Part shown: positions 26,636 through 39,600 of the stretch, piece by piece
Numbering within the stretch: position 1 is the first letter of the stretch
How the letters are laid out: the number at the start of each line of letters is the position of its first letter
Source: Camelus ferus
Lineage: Eukaryota
Assembly: GCF_009834535.1 (NCBI RefSeq)
Contig: NC_045696.1
Span: 28,584,001 to 28,648,000, forward strand
Direction of reading: 5' to 3'
DNA length: 64,000 nucleotides
Notes under the pieces: generated by a model
What the model saw: only the letters and a program-made list of their open reading frames with translations
Databases searched by the model: none
What the model was told of the DNA's origin: nothing
Translations under genes and position numbers: made by a program

Positions 26636-26973
26636 TGTTGACCTGAAATAAACTGACTGCGATATATTTCTCCAGCAAAGATGTGTTTATTTGGTATCAG
26701 TAGAGAATTGCAATATGGGGTCTATAACCATGGCCAGCCATGCATAAATTCTCTGCATGGTAAGGGAAGGAGAACTCTTTTATAGAGGGGAAAAGGAAGT
26801 TGGGAGGGCCATAGTAAACAGAGTATGGCTTTTCATTGGCTGAGTCCTTACTAGGAAAGAGAAGGAGTCTTCTTCTTCATGTTGGACTCTGGTATTTTTG
26901 CAGGGTGTAAGCACTCCCCTTTCTGGTCTCCCAACTCTATTTAATTGAAATTTCTGCTTGTTAATTGTTTACA
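26636..26973 (-). mobile_element. Solo LTR of the same family as the 9800-12302 provirus
   Basis: Aligns end to end with both proviral LTRs (tgttgacct...gagaattgcaat...tccttactaggaaaga...tatttaattga...ttaca). No clear TSD. Confidence 0.9.
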
Positions 26974-27102
26974 CTACCCTAATCATATTACAACAGAGAA
27001 TCATTAAGTAACAAATGCTCTTAATAAGAGATGTTTTTTGGTTAGTGTTAACACTACAGGATGAGAGATAGATACAAAGAATATACAGCTTTGAAAAAGG
27101 AA

Positions 27103-27652
27103 TGTTATAGCCAGCCTCAAAAATGGCTCCCAATGAACCTAACTTTCTGTTATTCAAACAGTTCCCTCCCACGCTGTATCGGGGTTAATCTTTGTGACCA
27201 GTGTAATACAGCATACTGGAAGGTGCTTGTGACTTCTGAAGCTGGGCTATAAAAGTTGCTAGTGGTTATATAAGATGTTGCTGGTTCTAGGATGCTTTCT
27301 CATGGATTTCAAGCTCTGAACAAAACCAACTGCCTGTTTCTGGGGACATGCACAGTCTTTTGGGGAGGTCTGTACTGAAAGAAACTGACAGCCTCTGACA
27401 ACACCTAGCACCAACTTCTTCGATGTGAGTGAGACAAGTTGGAAGGGGATCTTCCTGCCCCAGACAATCCTTAAGTTGACAGCAACAATGGCTGACACCT
27501 GTCTGCAATCTATGAGAGACCTGGAGACAAAACTACCTTGCTCAGCAGCTTCTGAATTCTTGACTCACAGAAACTGTGAAATAGTAAGTGTTAATTGTTG
27601 TCTTGATACACTAAATTTTGATGTATTGAATATGCAACACAGATAACTAATA
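27103..27652 (+). mobile_element. MaLR LTR (MLT1F-like)
   Basis: aaaatggctcccaatga, gtgacttctgaagctgggctataaaa and ttcttgactcacagaaactgtga...agataactaata are typical MLT1 motifs. Confidence 0.75.
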
Positions 27653-28559
27653 GAAATAAGAAGCAGTATTTTTAATCAGTATTTTCCATATATCATGAAC
27701 TAGTATTTCTATAAAATTCATGATTCTGCATACTGAGGTGTATGACTTCTCAGATTCCCTAATGATATGTTATACCTGAACATAGGATTTTCTTGGCTTA
27801 AACATGATGTACCACTTTTGGGTTTATTAACATTTTCAAACACATTATTTATTCATTTTCATTTGTAAAAATTACGTCATTTCAATCAAAGTTCCCAAGG
27901 CCGTGGCATTTTCATTGCTACTCCACTTCATTTACACATTTTAATACAATGTATATTTCATTGATTGACAATCTCATTACTCTTGACATTATAAAGATTT
28001 ATAATGAAAGGTTATAAATGAAAGAAAAATGAAAATTAAAAAGTAATTCCCAAAAGTCCTGTAAAGTCTTTCTTATAAAAAAGACTAACTTGACTCTTTC
28101 TGTGATGTTATTTACTAATTACTAAGGGACTTTTTCAATAAATTTATAGAAGTAGTGCTTTTTCTGGATTCAGCTTTACTTGCAAAATTTAAAAAATAAC
28201 AGGTTTTCTATATTAATTCAATTAAAATTAGAGGAGTTTTTGACCATACAGATTTAAAAACATAATAAAAATAATTTAAATGTTTGCTTATGTTTCAGTA
28301 ATCATTAAGGTAGTCAATTAATCTTTTTCAATAAAGATTAAAAAATTTATTTTTTCTTTAACAAAAATGAACAAGAGATACTATTCTTTTGTTCTCCATT
28401 TTGAATCATGGGCTATGTTGTTTTTCAAATGTAATATTTTACTAATATAGTAGATATTAAAGCAATTATTTTAGAAACTTTAAAAGTAAAATTATTTTTT
28501 GTTCAAATGAAATTAACTTAAAATAAAATCAATTTTTGTTCAACCTCATTCTTAAGAAG

Positions 28560-29310
28560 AAGATGCAAACCACTACCACAATAAATACTAATTATACTTA
28601 TTAGACAGATGAAAATTAAAGTGTTTGGCACTCTATGCATTAGCAAAAATAAGGACCTTAAAATTTTATGGTGGCAGTGTGGTGGATGCAATCAATTTGA
28701 AAATGATCTTAGGTCAGCCAGTAAAATTGAAGCATTTACCCCAACGTCCTAGAGAAATTTTCACCCAAATATACATGGCAACAAGGCTGAAAATATCCAT
28801 GGCAATGTTTATCATACAAAAACACTGGAACAACACAAATGTCTATCAGCAAAGAATAGAAAAATGAGTTATGAAATACTCATACAAAGAAATATTAAAG
28901 CAATAGAGAGTAAGTGAACTGGAGCTATGCAGATCAACGTGACTGATCTTCAAGAACGTGATGCTGAATGAAAGGCCAAGTTGCAAAAGATCATATACAA
29001 TTTAATTTCATGTATTGAAATTTCAAAAACATGGAAAATGAGGCTATATATTACATTTTAGTTATAGATATTAAGCAGAGGAATGACAAACACAAATTTA
29101 AGATAATTTTGTGTGTGATGAATGAGTCTATATGAGAAGACATATGCAAGATACTCCAATGCTGCTTATAATGTTCTATTTCTGATGCTATGTAGAGTAC
29201 ATACAGATATTCTCTCTACATTTGTAACATTCTATTTACATATTCATTTAGATATATATCTATGAATGTATGAGCACGTGTGTATGTATGCTAAACATTT
29301 CTAATTAAGT
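28560..29310 (+). mobile_element. Ancient L1 (L1ME-like) 3' fragment
   Basis: Decayed motifs cctagagaaatt, aaacactggaacaacacaaatgtctatcagc, gaactggagctatg and atgctgaatgaaa. Confidence 0.65.
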
Positions 29311-31499
29311 AAAAAGTGTATCAACATCAAAAATTTAAACCATTATCATTCTAGAATAAATCAAATATACTGTGGAATACAACAGAATAGTCAACCTATG
29401 TTAAAAAGTAATCCATTATAAAGAGACATCAGAATATGCACAGATGAAAGTAAGAAGGGATTTCTTAAACCAAAAATATAGGTTGAATGTGACTTAAGAG
29501 AAAACAGACGTTGACAAGTAATTAAGAGGGAAAATTCAGTTTAAATTACTCTGGTAAAACACATTTGGGCATCCACACACAATCAAAGTGACAACACAGG
29601 AAACAGACATCAGAAAAATCAATAAAATGTTAGGTTACATTTAATGACTGGTGTGACTTGGCTTGTATGGCTTTTTATGACAAGAGCCTAGTTGCTGGAG
29701 GTGAAGGAAGAGGCGGGAGAGGAGGGGAAAGTGACAAAAGAGAAAAAGGAAAAACATAAGCCCTGCAAACTCATAAAGATAAGTAGAAATTCAACATATA
29801 AATGATAAAATAAAATTTATTGTAAATGTTTTCATGTATGTATTGTTCAAATTTAATTTATAATCATGCAACATTAGGAAAAGAACAAATATCTAAGTGC
29901 CAGGTTAAGTATTTATCACAGGAAAACTGTTTTATTACCACAGTTGAATCTAAAGTCAAAATACTGTCAGACTCACCAAAGTAGATGCTGACCTTCCGTA
30001 TCAGTAGAGCATGAAATGATTGCCCTGTTCACGTGTTTTCATAATTCTTATTTCTTCCTTAGACAAGATCACACATGAGTATGACTGTAATAAAATGTTC
30101 CAGCAGGACATTTATCTTGGCTTTAGGAGCATAAATCAAGAGTACTAAAAGAAGCTCTCTTAGGAGTCATCTACATTAAACAATGCACCACTATTTTATG
30201 GTTAATATGCTATCCTAGTCACAGATCATAAAACACAGCCACACTTATCAGTGGAGTTATGGTTATCTTCCCCAAACCTTGGAATATAAATGGCATATGC
30301 AGGACTAGCTCTTGAACCAGATCACTTTAAATGGATCAAAGTCTTTTAACTATTTAATTAAAAATTATCCAAAATTGCTAAGTATTTTAAAAATTGCATA
30401 ACCCTTCCATAACTATGTAATATGTATCATTTTGCTACTTTAATAGGCTTTCCCACTTGGCCATCATTTTGAAGGAGCAATGCCAAGGGCTGGAACACTG
30501 ATTTTACTCAAAATCCTGCAGTTCTTCTGTGAGGCATCCCTAAAGGAGTGCAGGGCCAAGATAAACAACCCTTGTGAGCCTGGAGCAAAGTCATTACATG
30601 ATGCACTGCACTGTAGCCATTTTTGTTACGCCTCTTGGGATATTGCTAAAGAAAAACAATTCAAAAGTAAACTTTAATGATGTTTAGAATAGTAAGGTCC
30701 AGCACACCACACCCTTCCTCCTGCAAGCCCTGCTACTCCAGGCAGCTGCCCCAGGGGCTTCCTCTAAGTTCAGTTCTTATTCTTCTACTAAATATATCGG
30801 AAACACTGGAAAGATTTTCAGGAGATTTACATATTCTACAATTTTAACATTTATATATGGAACATCTTCCAAAGGAGTTTATATTTCTGTCATTTCAAGA
30901 AGCAGTAGTAAAAATTTCATCATATTTCATCAAATTTCTGGAGGCTGATTTTCCCCTCCTTTTTAGCTAATGCCCTGGACATGTTATTTTAACATGCTTT
31001 CTTTGAAGGAAGCCTCTTCACCCACCTCTTTCCTATTACAGAGCTCACTAGACTATCTAAACCATGTGTTGGCTAAACTGGAAAATGTTGACATAAAAAT
31101 GCAACGATGAAAACCTATTTCACTTTCTCTTCCCATCACAGATCTAAGGACTTGAGAGAACAGGTAGAAAGAGTTGCCTCAGTTGTTCTTGCCCTTAAGA
31201 AAAGAAAGCTCTTGATACTGTGGAATCTGGTCTCAGAATAAATTTCTAACCAGGAAATGCTCTGAGGTTTATGTCTGTCTGGTTATTTCTTACTATTTCT
31301 GGAACAAAACATCTACTGCTATTACTCTCCGGCCTGGTTGGCCAGTCTTAGCTCAACCTCCAAAGTAATTCTATCTGATTACTGCCTTGGTTTAGTCTTT
31401 ATTTTCAAACAACTGCTATTTTTAAAATTCTGTAAATGTTTAAAATATATTTTGTTTCTTACATCACTGTCTTCATTTTTCAACTTAGCAATTTTGATA

Positions 31500-33660
31500 A
31501 TCAAAATAATATATAATGTATAATTCTGTATCTCCCTTCATATATTTTCAATCATTTTGTAAATGCAATCAAATGCAATAAGTACATATATATAAAAGTT
31601 TTGACAAATTTTTGTATTTGTATAATCACAGCTACCACAATGAATATATAGAATGTCTTCCTCATTCTAAAATATTATCTTGTGCCCATTCTCATTCAAG
31701 GCTCACCATTACCCTGTGCCTTGGGAAATGAATGACTAGCTTTCTTCCACTATACATTACACTAGTTTATTTTCAGTCTGTTTGATTTTTTTAAAAGAAA
31801 TTTTTATAAATGGCATTTTACATTATTACATTTTTTAAGCCCAGAATATTAGTGTTAAAATTCATCAATGTTTTTCCATGACTCAGTATTTCCCCTATTT
31901 TCATTGGTTAGTGGTATTCCAGTGCATAAATATACTATCACATATTATCCATTCACTTGTTGATAGATGTGGGGGTTGTTCCCAGTCTTGATTTTTGTGA
32001 ATAAAGCTGATATGAAAATCTTTGTGCAGTTCTTTGCATGGGCATATATTTTAAGTCAATCATACCTCAAAAAAAAATTTGCCTTTTCTCTGTATGCAAT
32101 TAAAAAAATCAATTCACCTGAAGGCCTGTTTTAAGCTACTCCACAAATTTTAATGTTATGTTTTTATTTTCCTTTAGTTAAACATATCTTTTCTTTCCCC
32201 TGTGATTTCTTCTGTTATTTGTCATTTATAAGAGTTTTGTTTAATTTTCAAATACTAAAGTTTTATACAGTTTTACATATGATTTTATAGACAGTCTTTG
32301 ACTTAGGATGGTTCAGCTATGATTCGTCAATTTTACAATAATGCAAAACAGATATGCATTCAGTAGAAAGAGAACTTTGAGTTTTCAATTTTGATTTTTT
32401 CTGAAGCTAGCGAGCAATACTCAGTATGATACTCTCTTGTGATGTTGGAAGTGGCAGCGAGCCTCAGCTCCCAGTCAGTCACACAGTCTCAAGAGGAAGC
32501 AACTGATAGACTTGAAACCATTCTGTATCCATAAAACCATTCTGCTTTTCACTTTCAGCACAGCATTGAATAAATTACATGAGATATTCAACATTATGTT
32601 ATAAAATATGCTTTGTGTTAGATGACTTTGCCCAATTATAAGCTAATTTAAGTGTTCTGAGCACATTTAAGGCAGACTAGGCTAAGCTATGATATTCAGT
32701 AGGTTAGGTGTAACAAATGCATTTTTGATTTATGATATTTTCAACTTACATTGGGTTTATTTGGATGTAACCCTATCGTAAGTCAAGGAAGATCTTTAGT
32801 CTGTGAACTCAATCATTTTAAATGTATTGAGACTTGAATTACAGGTCACATTTTCTTGCTGCCTTATACATCTAACATTTTTGATAAGATGATAAACATT
32901 ATAAATGTTAGAGGTTGACTCTCTGGATTTATTTATCTCCTTTAAAGAGCTTGAGGCTATTTTTTATTGTGGTTGTTTGTTTATTTTAACCTGTAGTTAC
33001 TTATAGATCAGTTTGATCACTTCGAGGCCTATTTTTGAGCATTTCAGTGGAAGGTCTAGACTGGTCTTTACTTCAGGAATATTTCTACTAAGATTTCATC
33101 CCTCCGTGGTTTTTAATGTATGCCCTGTTTGATTTCTAAAAGGGTCTCCACTCTGCCTGGTTGGAGTTTGATTGTTTCCCTCTTTTGCTCAAACTCTGGG
33201 AATTATTCATCCTACACCTTCCTTGCAATTCTTTACTTGGCCTTGTTGAGTTTCTCACTATAGTTGAGTGCTCAGCAAATAATCTTATTTAAATAGGGAA
33301 AACATTATTTAAATATTTGGAGCTCTTTCTGTATCTCTCTCCTTTACTGAATTCTGTCCCACAACTTCCAGTTGTGGCAGCTCACCCTTTTCCCCTTAAC
33401 CACAATCTCTGTTCTCTCTACTCAGCAAGGTCTCTAGATTCTCTAAGGTTTTCCTTCCCTGCTTTCTCCTCCAAATATTTTACCCAGGTACAAAGTTAGG
33501 CTGGTCATTGGGTTCACATTCTTTCTTTCTTTTTCTCAGATCACAGCCATACTCTGCCTATTGTCCAATGTTCAAAAACTATCATTATATACATCTTGTT
33601 AATTTTCTCATTGTTTAGAGTAAATATTGAATTTGCTCTTTTTTACCTACGACCAAAAAA
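31500..33660 (-). mobile_element. Ancient L1 fragments (L1ME/MC-like 3' end and older 5' region) hosting the Tigger3
   Basis: ttatccattcacttgttgatagatg, gtgaataaagctgatatgaa and ctgcctattgtccaatg; the latter part is homologous to 44980-45660. Confidence 0.6.
32288..32796 (-). mobile_element. Tigger3-type non-autonomous Tc1/mariner (pogo) DNA transposon
   Basis: Degenerate TIRs (gacttaggatgg / ctatcgtaagtc) and TA flanks at 32286-32287 and 32797-32798. The internal aagtgttctgagcacatttaagg..ggctaagctatgat..gtaggttaggtgt matches Tigger3 as recalled. Confidence 0.85.
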
Positions 33661-36600
33661 AAGAAAAAAAAGAAAGAAATCTCCTTAGTTAGTTTTTGAT
33701 ATAAACAGAAGAAATAGGTGCATGTGCCTGTTAGTGTGCAGAATTTGACAAAGGATCATTAGTTACTAAGTAACAACAAACACTTCATTTCAAAACATAA
33801 ATTAAAACAAGTCCAGTTAGATGAATATCCAATGTAATACAGATACAAGGTGAGTATTTTTAATTTACTAGTTTCCTGAGATCACTCTTTTTATGAACGT
33901 TAGACTTCACATTAATCAGAAAATGAATCCTAAATGAGACTATTTCATGAAACTTTTCAAGAAGAAAATTAAAAAGAAATCATAGAGAATTTTAAAATCA
34001 CATTTTAATATATTTGCAAGTATATCATAATTTTAGTACTACTGCTCGTGGGATTCAAAATGAAAATCTATCAAGAAATAGGCCTAGCATTTTCTCATAC
34101 GGACATGGAATATTAGATGTGATGATAAATTATAGATATGATTGAATGTGGAGCTGAATGATTAAGCTTGCAACCAAAGAGCAAGCAGTCAATAAATACT
34201 ACTTGACTGATTTATAGGCAAGGTTGTAATCTTAAATGCATCCAAAAGTTAACGGAAAAAAGCACATAGTAAAACTAAAAAAAAAAAAAAAAAAAAAAAA
34301 AAGCTAATAACATGTTACTATAAATCTCTTCACCTCAAGACAGCACCTTTTATTTCTTAAAACAAGTAAACCAAAATATAGGTTTGCTTATATCTGGGAT
34401 CAATAAACTCATTTTTCAAGTAAGCCAGTTCAGAAATATTGGAAAAAATAGACCATATCTGAAAGTTTGTCTATTTTCTGTAGTTTTGTGATATTAAATC
34501 CTAAGAAAAATACTGAAGAGTCTAACTTAGAATGTGAAGTGTACGTGGATATTTGTAATTTGCAAATCTTTTGACTTCAGAGCATCCTTAAGAGAATTAA
34601 AAGGTGTAACGAACATGGTTGCCCACTTTCATATACTTCCCGTCTGTCTTCATCTCTCTGGCACTAACACGTGCATGTGATCAGTGTTTTCCTTTTGAAA
34701 CCACGTACAATTATTCCTCCACCTAAATGTGTCCCTCTTGATGTCCAAAGAAGTAACTGCTGTTCTGCTGCCTTCCATTCTCTTAAGGATTTTTTCTCTC
34801 TTTTTTTTTTTTTAACAGGGGATCAACTGATTTGTGGGATAAATTAATCTAGGATTGTTGCTTATTATATCAAAGACCTATTACCACTAACTCCAATTCT
34901 CTTTCACAACGGGAAACATCTCTGTTTAACAGCAGTCTTCATTGCAATGACCTCATTTTGTTTGTAACTTGGAGAAGTTAAGCGTTAACCCAGAGTTAAA
35001 AGTTTATGCTACTAAGCAGAGCAGATTTTTTGATGACAGCTCAGCAAAGAATGCGTTTGGAGAAACAAAATCTTGGGGAATTTTAAAATCACTGCACTGG
35101 CCTTGTTCCAGAAGGCACATTTTTATCCTGTTCTCATCTTGTAATGTTAGACTGGGTAAAGTAACTCATTTCCTGCCATATAAAGAACCTAACTTTTCTC
35201 TTGCTAACATTCAACAAATTTAAACCAGGGCCTTCAAACTATGACATAAATTCTCATTTGTTATATTACTAACAGAATGTTCAAACTTATGCTCATAGAA
35301 GTTTAGCATCATGTCTATGAAAGATTGCAAGGTATTGTCAGCAAGCACATTTTCCTGCCTAGTCACAGAAGTTATTTTGCTAGTTAGAACTATTTATTTG
35401 ATAGTATAAAAGCAAATGACTTTAAAAAAAAAAAGCAGACACTAAACTTATTTTCAGAAACTGCACCACTCATCCAAAATGTAGAATTTTTCAAGGAAGA
35501 AAATTGCATTTCAATGATTTCTTTAGTCATAGATCTTAGCTTATTTCTAGCTTTTATAACTTTAGGGAACTTTCACTCAAAGGTCTGGTAAATTTCATTA
35601 TGTCTTGACTGATGAAACAAAGGCAGATATATGATTTCTTAATAGGACTTGTCTTACGGTAAGAACAGATAAATGAGTTGACCTAGTGGGTGTCCCCGAA
35701 TGCCTTAGAGAATTAAATGCCCAGCTGAGAACAATTCCAATCAATGGCAATATCTCGGGTGCAGTCAGATGTCGTAGTCTTAGATTATAGTTCAGCCACG
35801 AACTTCTGATTGTCAACTTAACTCAGGAGAGGAGGTTCAAATTTTAGTTTCACTCCAGATTTAGAAAAATCTCAAATCCTGGTCAGTTCTGTCTTTTCAA
35901 AAAGAGTCTTAATTTGTCTCACAATTTTAACACAGATTCAAAATAGTGGAAAAAGAAAAAAAAAGTTTTACATCACCTCTTAACAAGTCCCAGTGGCAGA
36001 AAAATTCGAACATTGTATATTTAGCTGTGTGGCATTAATCTATATTGTTTCTCAAACAAATAAACTGAGGTTCCTTCAATGATTTTTCAAACACACTCGA
36101 AACTATAATACTGCAGGAAAATCAAAACAGAAAAAAAAAAAAGGTTAACACTGGTATCAGGCAAGTATAGTACTCTTCATTCTTATATAGTGTATTTTAA
36201 CAGGTAAGGATTTTTTGTGCCATATGATATGATACCAAATTAAGGTCCATTTTTCTTTTTGCGGATCTTTGGATGTAATGTGATAAAATAACACCAGTGT
36301 GCTCCTGAGATGATATTGTCACCACAGGAAGATCTTTATTTAGACAACAATATCTGTCTTTGATCTTTGTCTTGGCACAAGTACTTAGAAATTTCTATGG
36401 CAGATCACCTAACGCTAAACTTATAAAGAACAGACTGTGTTTTAAGATTTCCCTTTATAACAAATAATAATTTATTTCATAACATTCTGAGCATGTTTGC
36501 ACAAGAAAAGTATGAATAAATCTTTGAATTTTGTATCACTCTAGCTTTTAGACTAACAGGCTATTTGAATGTGGGCTAGTCACTAATCTTCACTGGATCT

Positions 36601-39600
36601 TAGTTTTCTTGTAGTTAACGATGGAATGTTGGCTATAGGATTTCCAAAGGTCATTTTTGTTCATTAAATCCATGACACAAGATTTCTTTCCATAAATATC
36701 TTAAATTCTACTGAATGAAATATGGATACAGTGTTTTTCACTCCTTATATTTTCAAAACAGTCATTTTTGCAAGAGAGTTTTTACATGGGAATGTATTCA
36801 AACTTATTGTCAATAAGTAACATAATAAGGAAACATCCTTTGTGGATTTCTTTTAAAAGAAGATGTAAGTAATTATTTTCCTTTAAAGCTACAGGTAGAT
36901 AGGTTTTATTTCAGATGCATATCCTGGAAAACAATACATTACTTTTAAGACTAAAATTGATTCTGGGCCACAAAATTAGTTTTCAGTCAAAATCTTCCTA
37001 AAAGCAATTCTTGGAAGATCTTCAAGTGTCATCAAGATAGTATAATCTCTCTTTTTCTTTGTACATAGTAAGTTCACAGAATTAAAAATCATAAAGATAC
37101 AAAGAAAACACTTATACTGTATTCTCCAAACTTAGGCTTACCAAATGACAATAGGAAGCAGATAAATCTCCTCATACATGAAATAGAAGGACGTCTGCCT
37201 GGTTTTCTGGTTGATAGAGACAGAAAATCTCCAACTGAGAAGTTAGCTAATGGGGAATGGATACATCATCATTCTATCTTCTCTTGTGCTCTAGATTGCT
37301 ATCCTGTACTGTAGATTGTATTACAGATTAAGTGCTCTACTCAATTTAGTTCCATCTTCACAATTTTTAGTGAAATTTCTCAAGAATTCAGACAATGGTT
37401 TATATTTCAGTACTCTAGCAGGCCTTTATCCTTTTCCTAGAAATTAGAAATAGATGTTTCTTGACATATTTTAGTAAGAAATCAATTATATTTGAATTTC
37501 ATGTTGCCATTCACCAAATGCAATGAATAGATTTGAAGATTATTTTAATCAAGGCACTTAAGAGTTTAATTTTACCCTATCCTGAAAAAAGTTGTGAAGA
37601 CCTAGTAAGATAAATAGAGATAAAAATTATTGACCCTCTATTGACATTAAGGTTATCTTTGTCAACAAAGTCCATAGTTTCATACTGTAGAATCAATTAT
37701 TCATTCATTCAACATGTTAAGCACAAGCTCTACATGCCAACAAGAAATGGCTATTCTCTCTGCATTGTAAGTAACTGTTCCTTCACTGTGGGTAACAATT
37801 CCAAATCTGAGTTAGTAACTAATCTGCTAGCAGATACTCAGATGACAATAATTTATTGTGATTCTGAGAAATAAACTTTTTGCAAATAAGTCAGGTTATT
37901 GACATGATTTTGATCATCGTCTCTCATTGCTCCCTTCAGCAAATAGTCCACTGCCATTTGTATTTGGATTGGAATTGTCTACTGTCTCATAGTTAATTTG
38001 CAATAGAGTGAATAACCTCTGCATTTATAGATGTTGGAACTATTTACCTACTCTTCCCACAATTCTATTTTTGTAATTCTGTAGCTATTCCTGGGTTGAA
38101 ATTCAGACCCTTATTTAACTTGTTTGTTGAGTACTGATGAAGGAAGAAATAACAGAAAATGGATCCAGCCTTTTCCCAAATTTGAACCCATTCAATAAAG
38201 CCAATGTTTATCCTGCCTTACACAAATCCTATGAATCTTATTTTCTGAAAATACATGAGGGCTGTATCCTCCATATAGCTTCTTTCTTAGTGAGCGTATT
38301 TTTTACCATATTAATATACATGTAATTAGTAGAAAATTGTCACAAATTCTGAAAAGTTTTCTTATATTTATTATTTTAAATTTTAGATTTCTGGCAAGTA
38401 TGTAGAGACTTTTCATTCATACAAATGTTGTAGCTTTTGATCAGCACATCAAGGACTTTTAACGTAAATTCAACAAAGAACAGAAAACAGTGTTTTGTAA
38501 AGGCTACAGCTGTGTATTTTGTTTACTAAACCAGTACCCTGGTAAGAATTGTAATTATGAAAATGACATATGTTGCTGGTGTGAAAATAACCCAACAAAG
38601 ACCTTTAACAAAGTAAACAAGCAAGTTAAAGCTTAAAAAAAAATGAAAAGTCTCTAATTTTGTGAAGTTTTTAAGGCAAATTAGGAGATTTTTTTAAAGA
38701 TAACTAGCATGCCATTTACTCTGCCTATTTTATTGAAAGATTTTCAATATCTACTTAATATGTGGGCTGAACTTTGCTAAACAGAATAATTGAACATAGA
38801 AATGACAGGAGATGTCATTTTACAATATCTAATCTGGAAACACAGAATAAATATCTGTTAAAATCTTTGGTATAAATTTATTGAAAGAATTGTTTCCAAA
38901 ACCTTACTTTGTACAGGACCCCTAAGTAAATTAGGGATAGAGAAAAACATTTCTTTCTTTTTATAAACATTTAGAAATAATTTTGGCACTAAAAATCAAG
39001 TCATAACTTGTGTATGGTGTAAATAATAATGTAATATTGTATTTATACAGAACTTTCATTCAGGGGATGCGAAAGCAATCTGGGGCTTAGATGTGTAATT
39101 TTGAAACATGGAAGTGGAGAGCCACCCACCTTCCTTCCATTAGCATTTATATTGAGAATCCAACAGCGTTTGGCTAACACAGGGGATGAACACCAATTGC
39201 AAGTTTGTTGATTTCGATAGAGTCTCATGAGTGGATATCATGTTGTCTTGGAAACTAAAGTATCTATAAACACAATTGTCTCCTGTTTAGATTGTGACAG
39301 CAGGTATGAACACTTTGTTGGATTATAAACTATGCAAACTCTAAGTTCATATTCATATTACCATGGTAACAAGGACAGGTTTCCATTAAATAAGATGAAA
39401 ATTATAAAGAATTTGATGTTTTGAAAGCAGACTCATATCTGACTGTAAATTTGTTTCCTTTTTCTTTGTTTCTGTTCTTTCCAGAATGATGATGCAAATG
39501 TAAATAATAACTATAACCACAGAGTACATATTCCATATATTTCACTTATTTTCAGAGCACTTTATAAAATTCTAAAATATTTGGTGATTCAGTAAATAAA

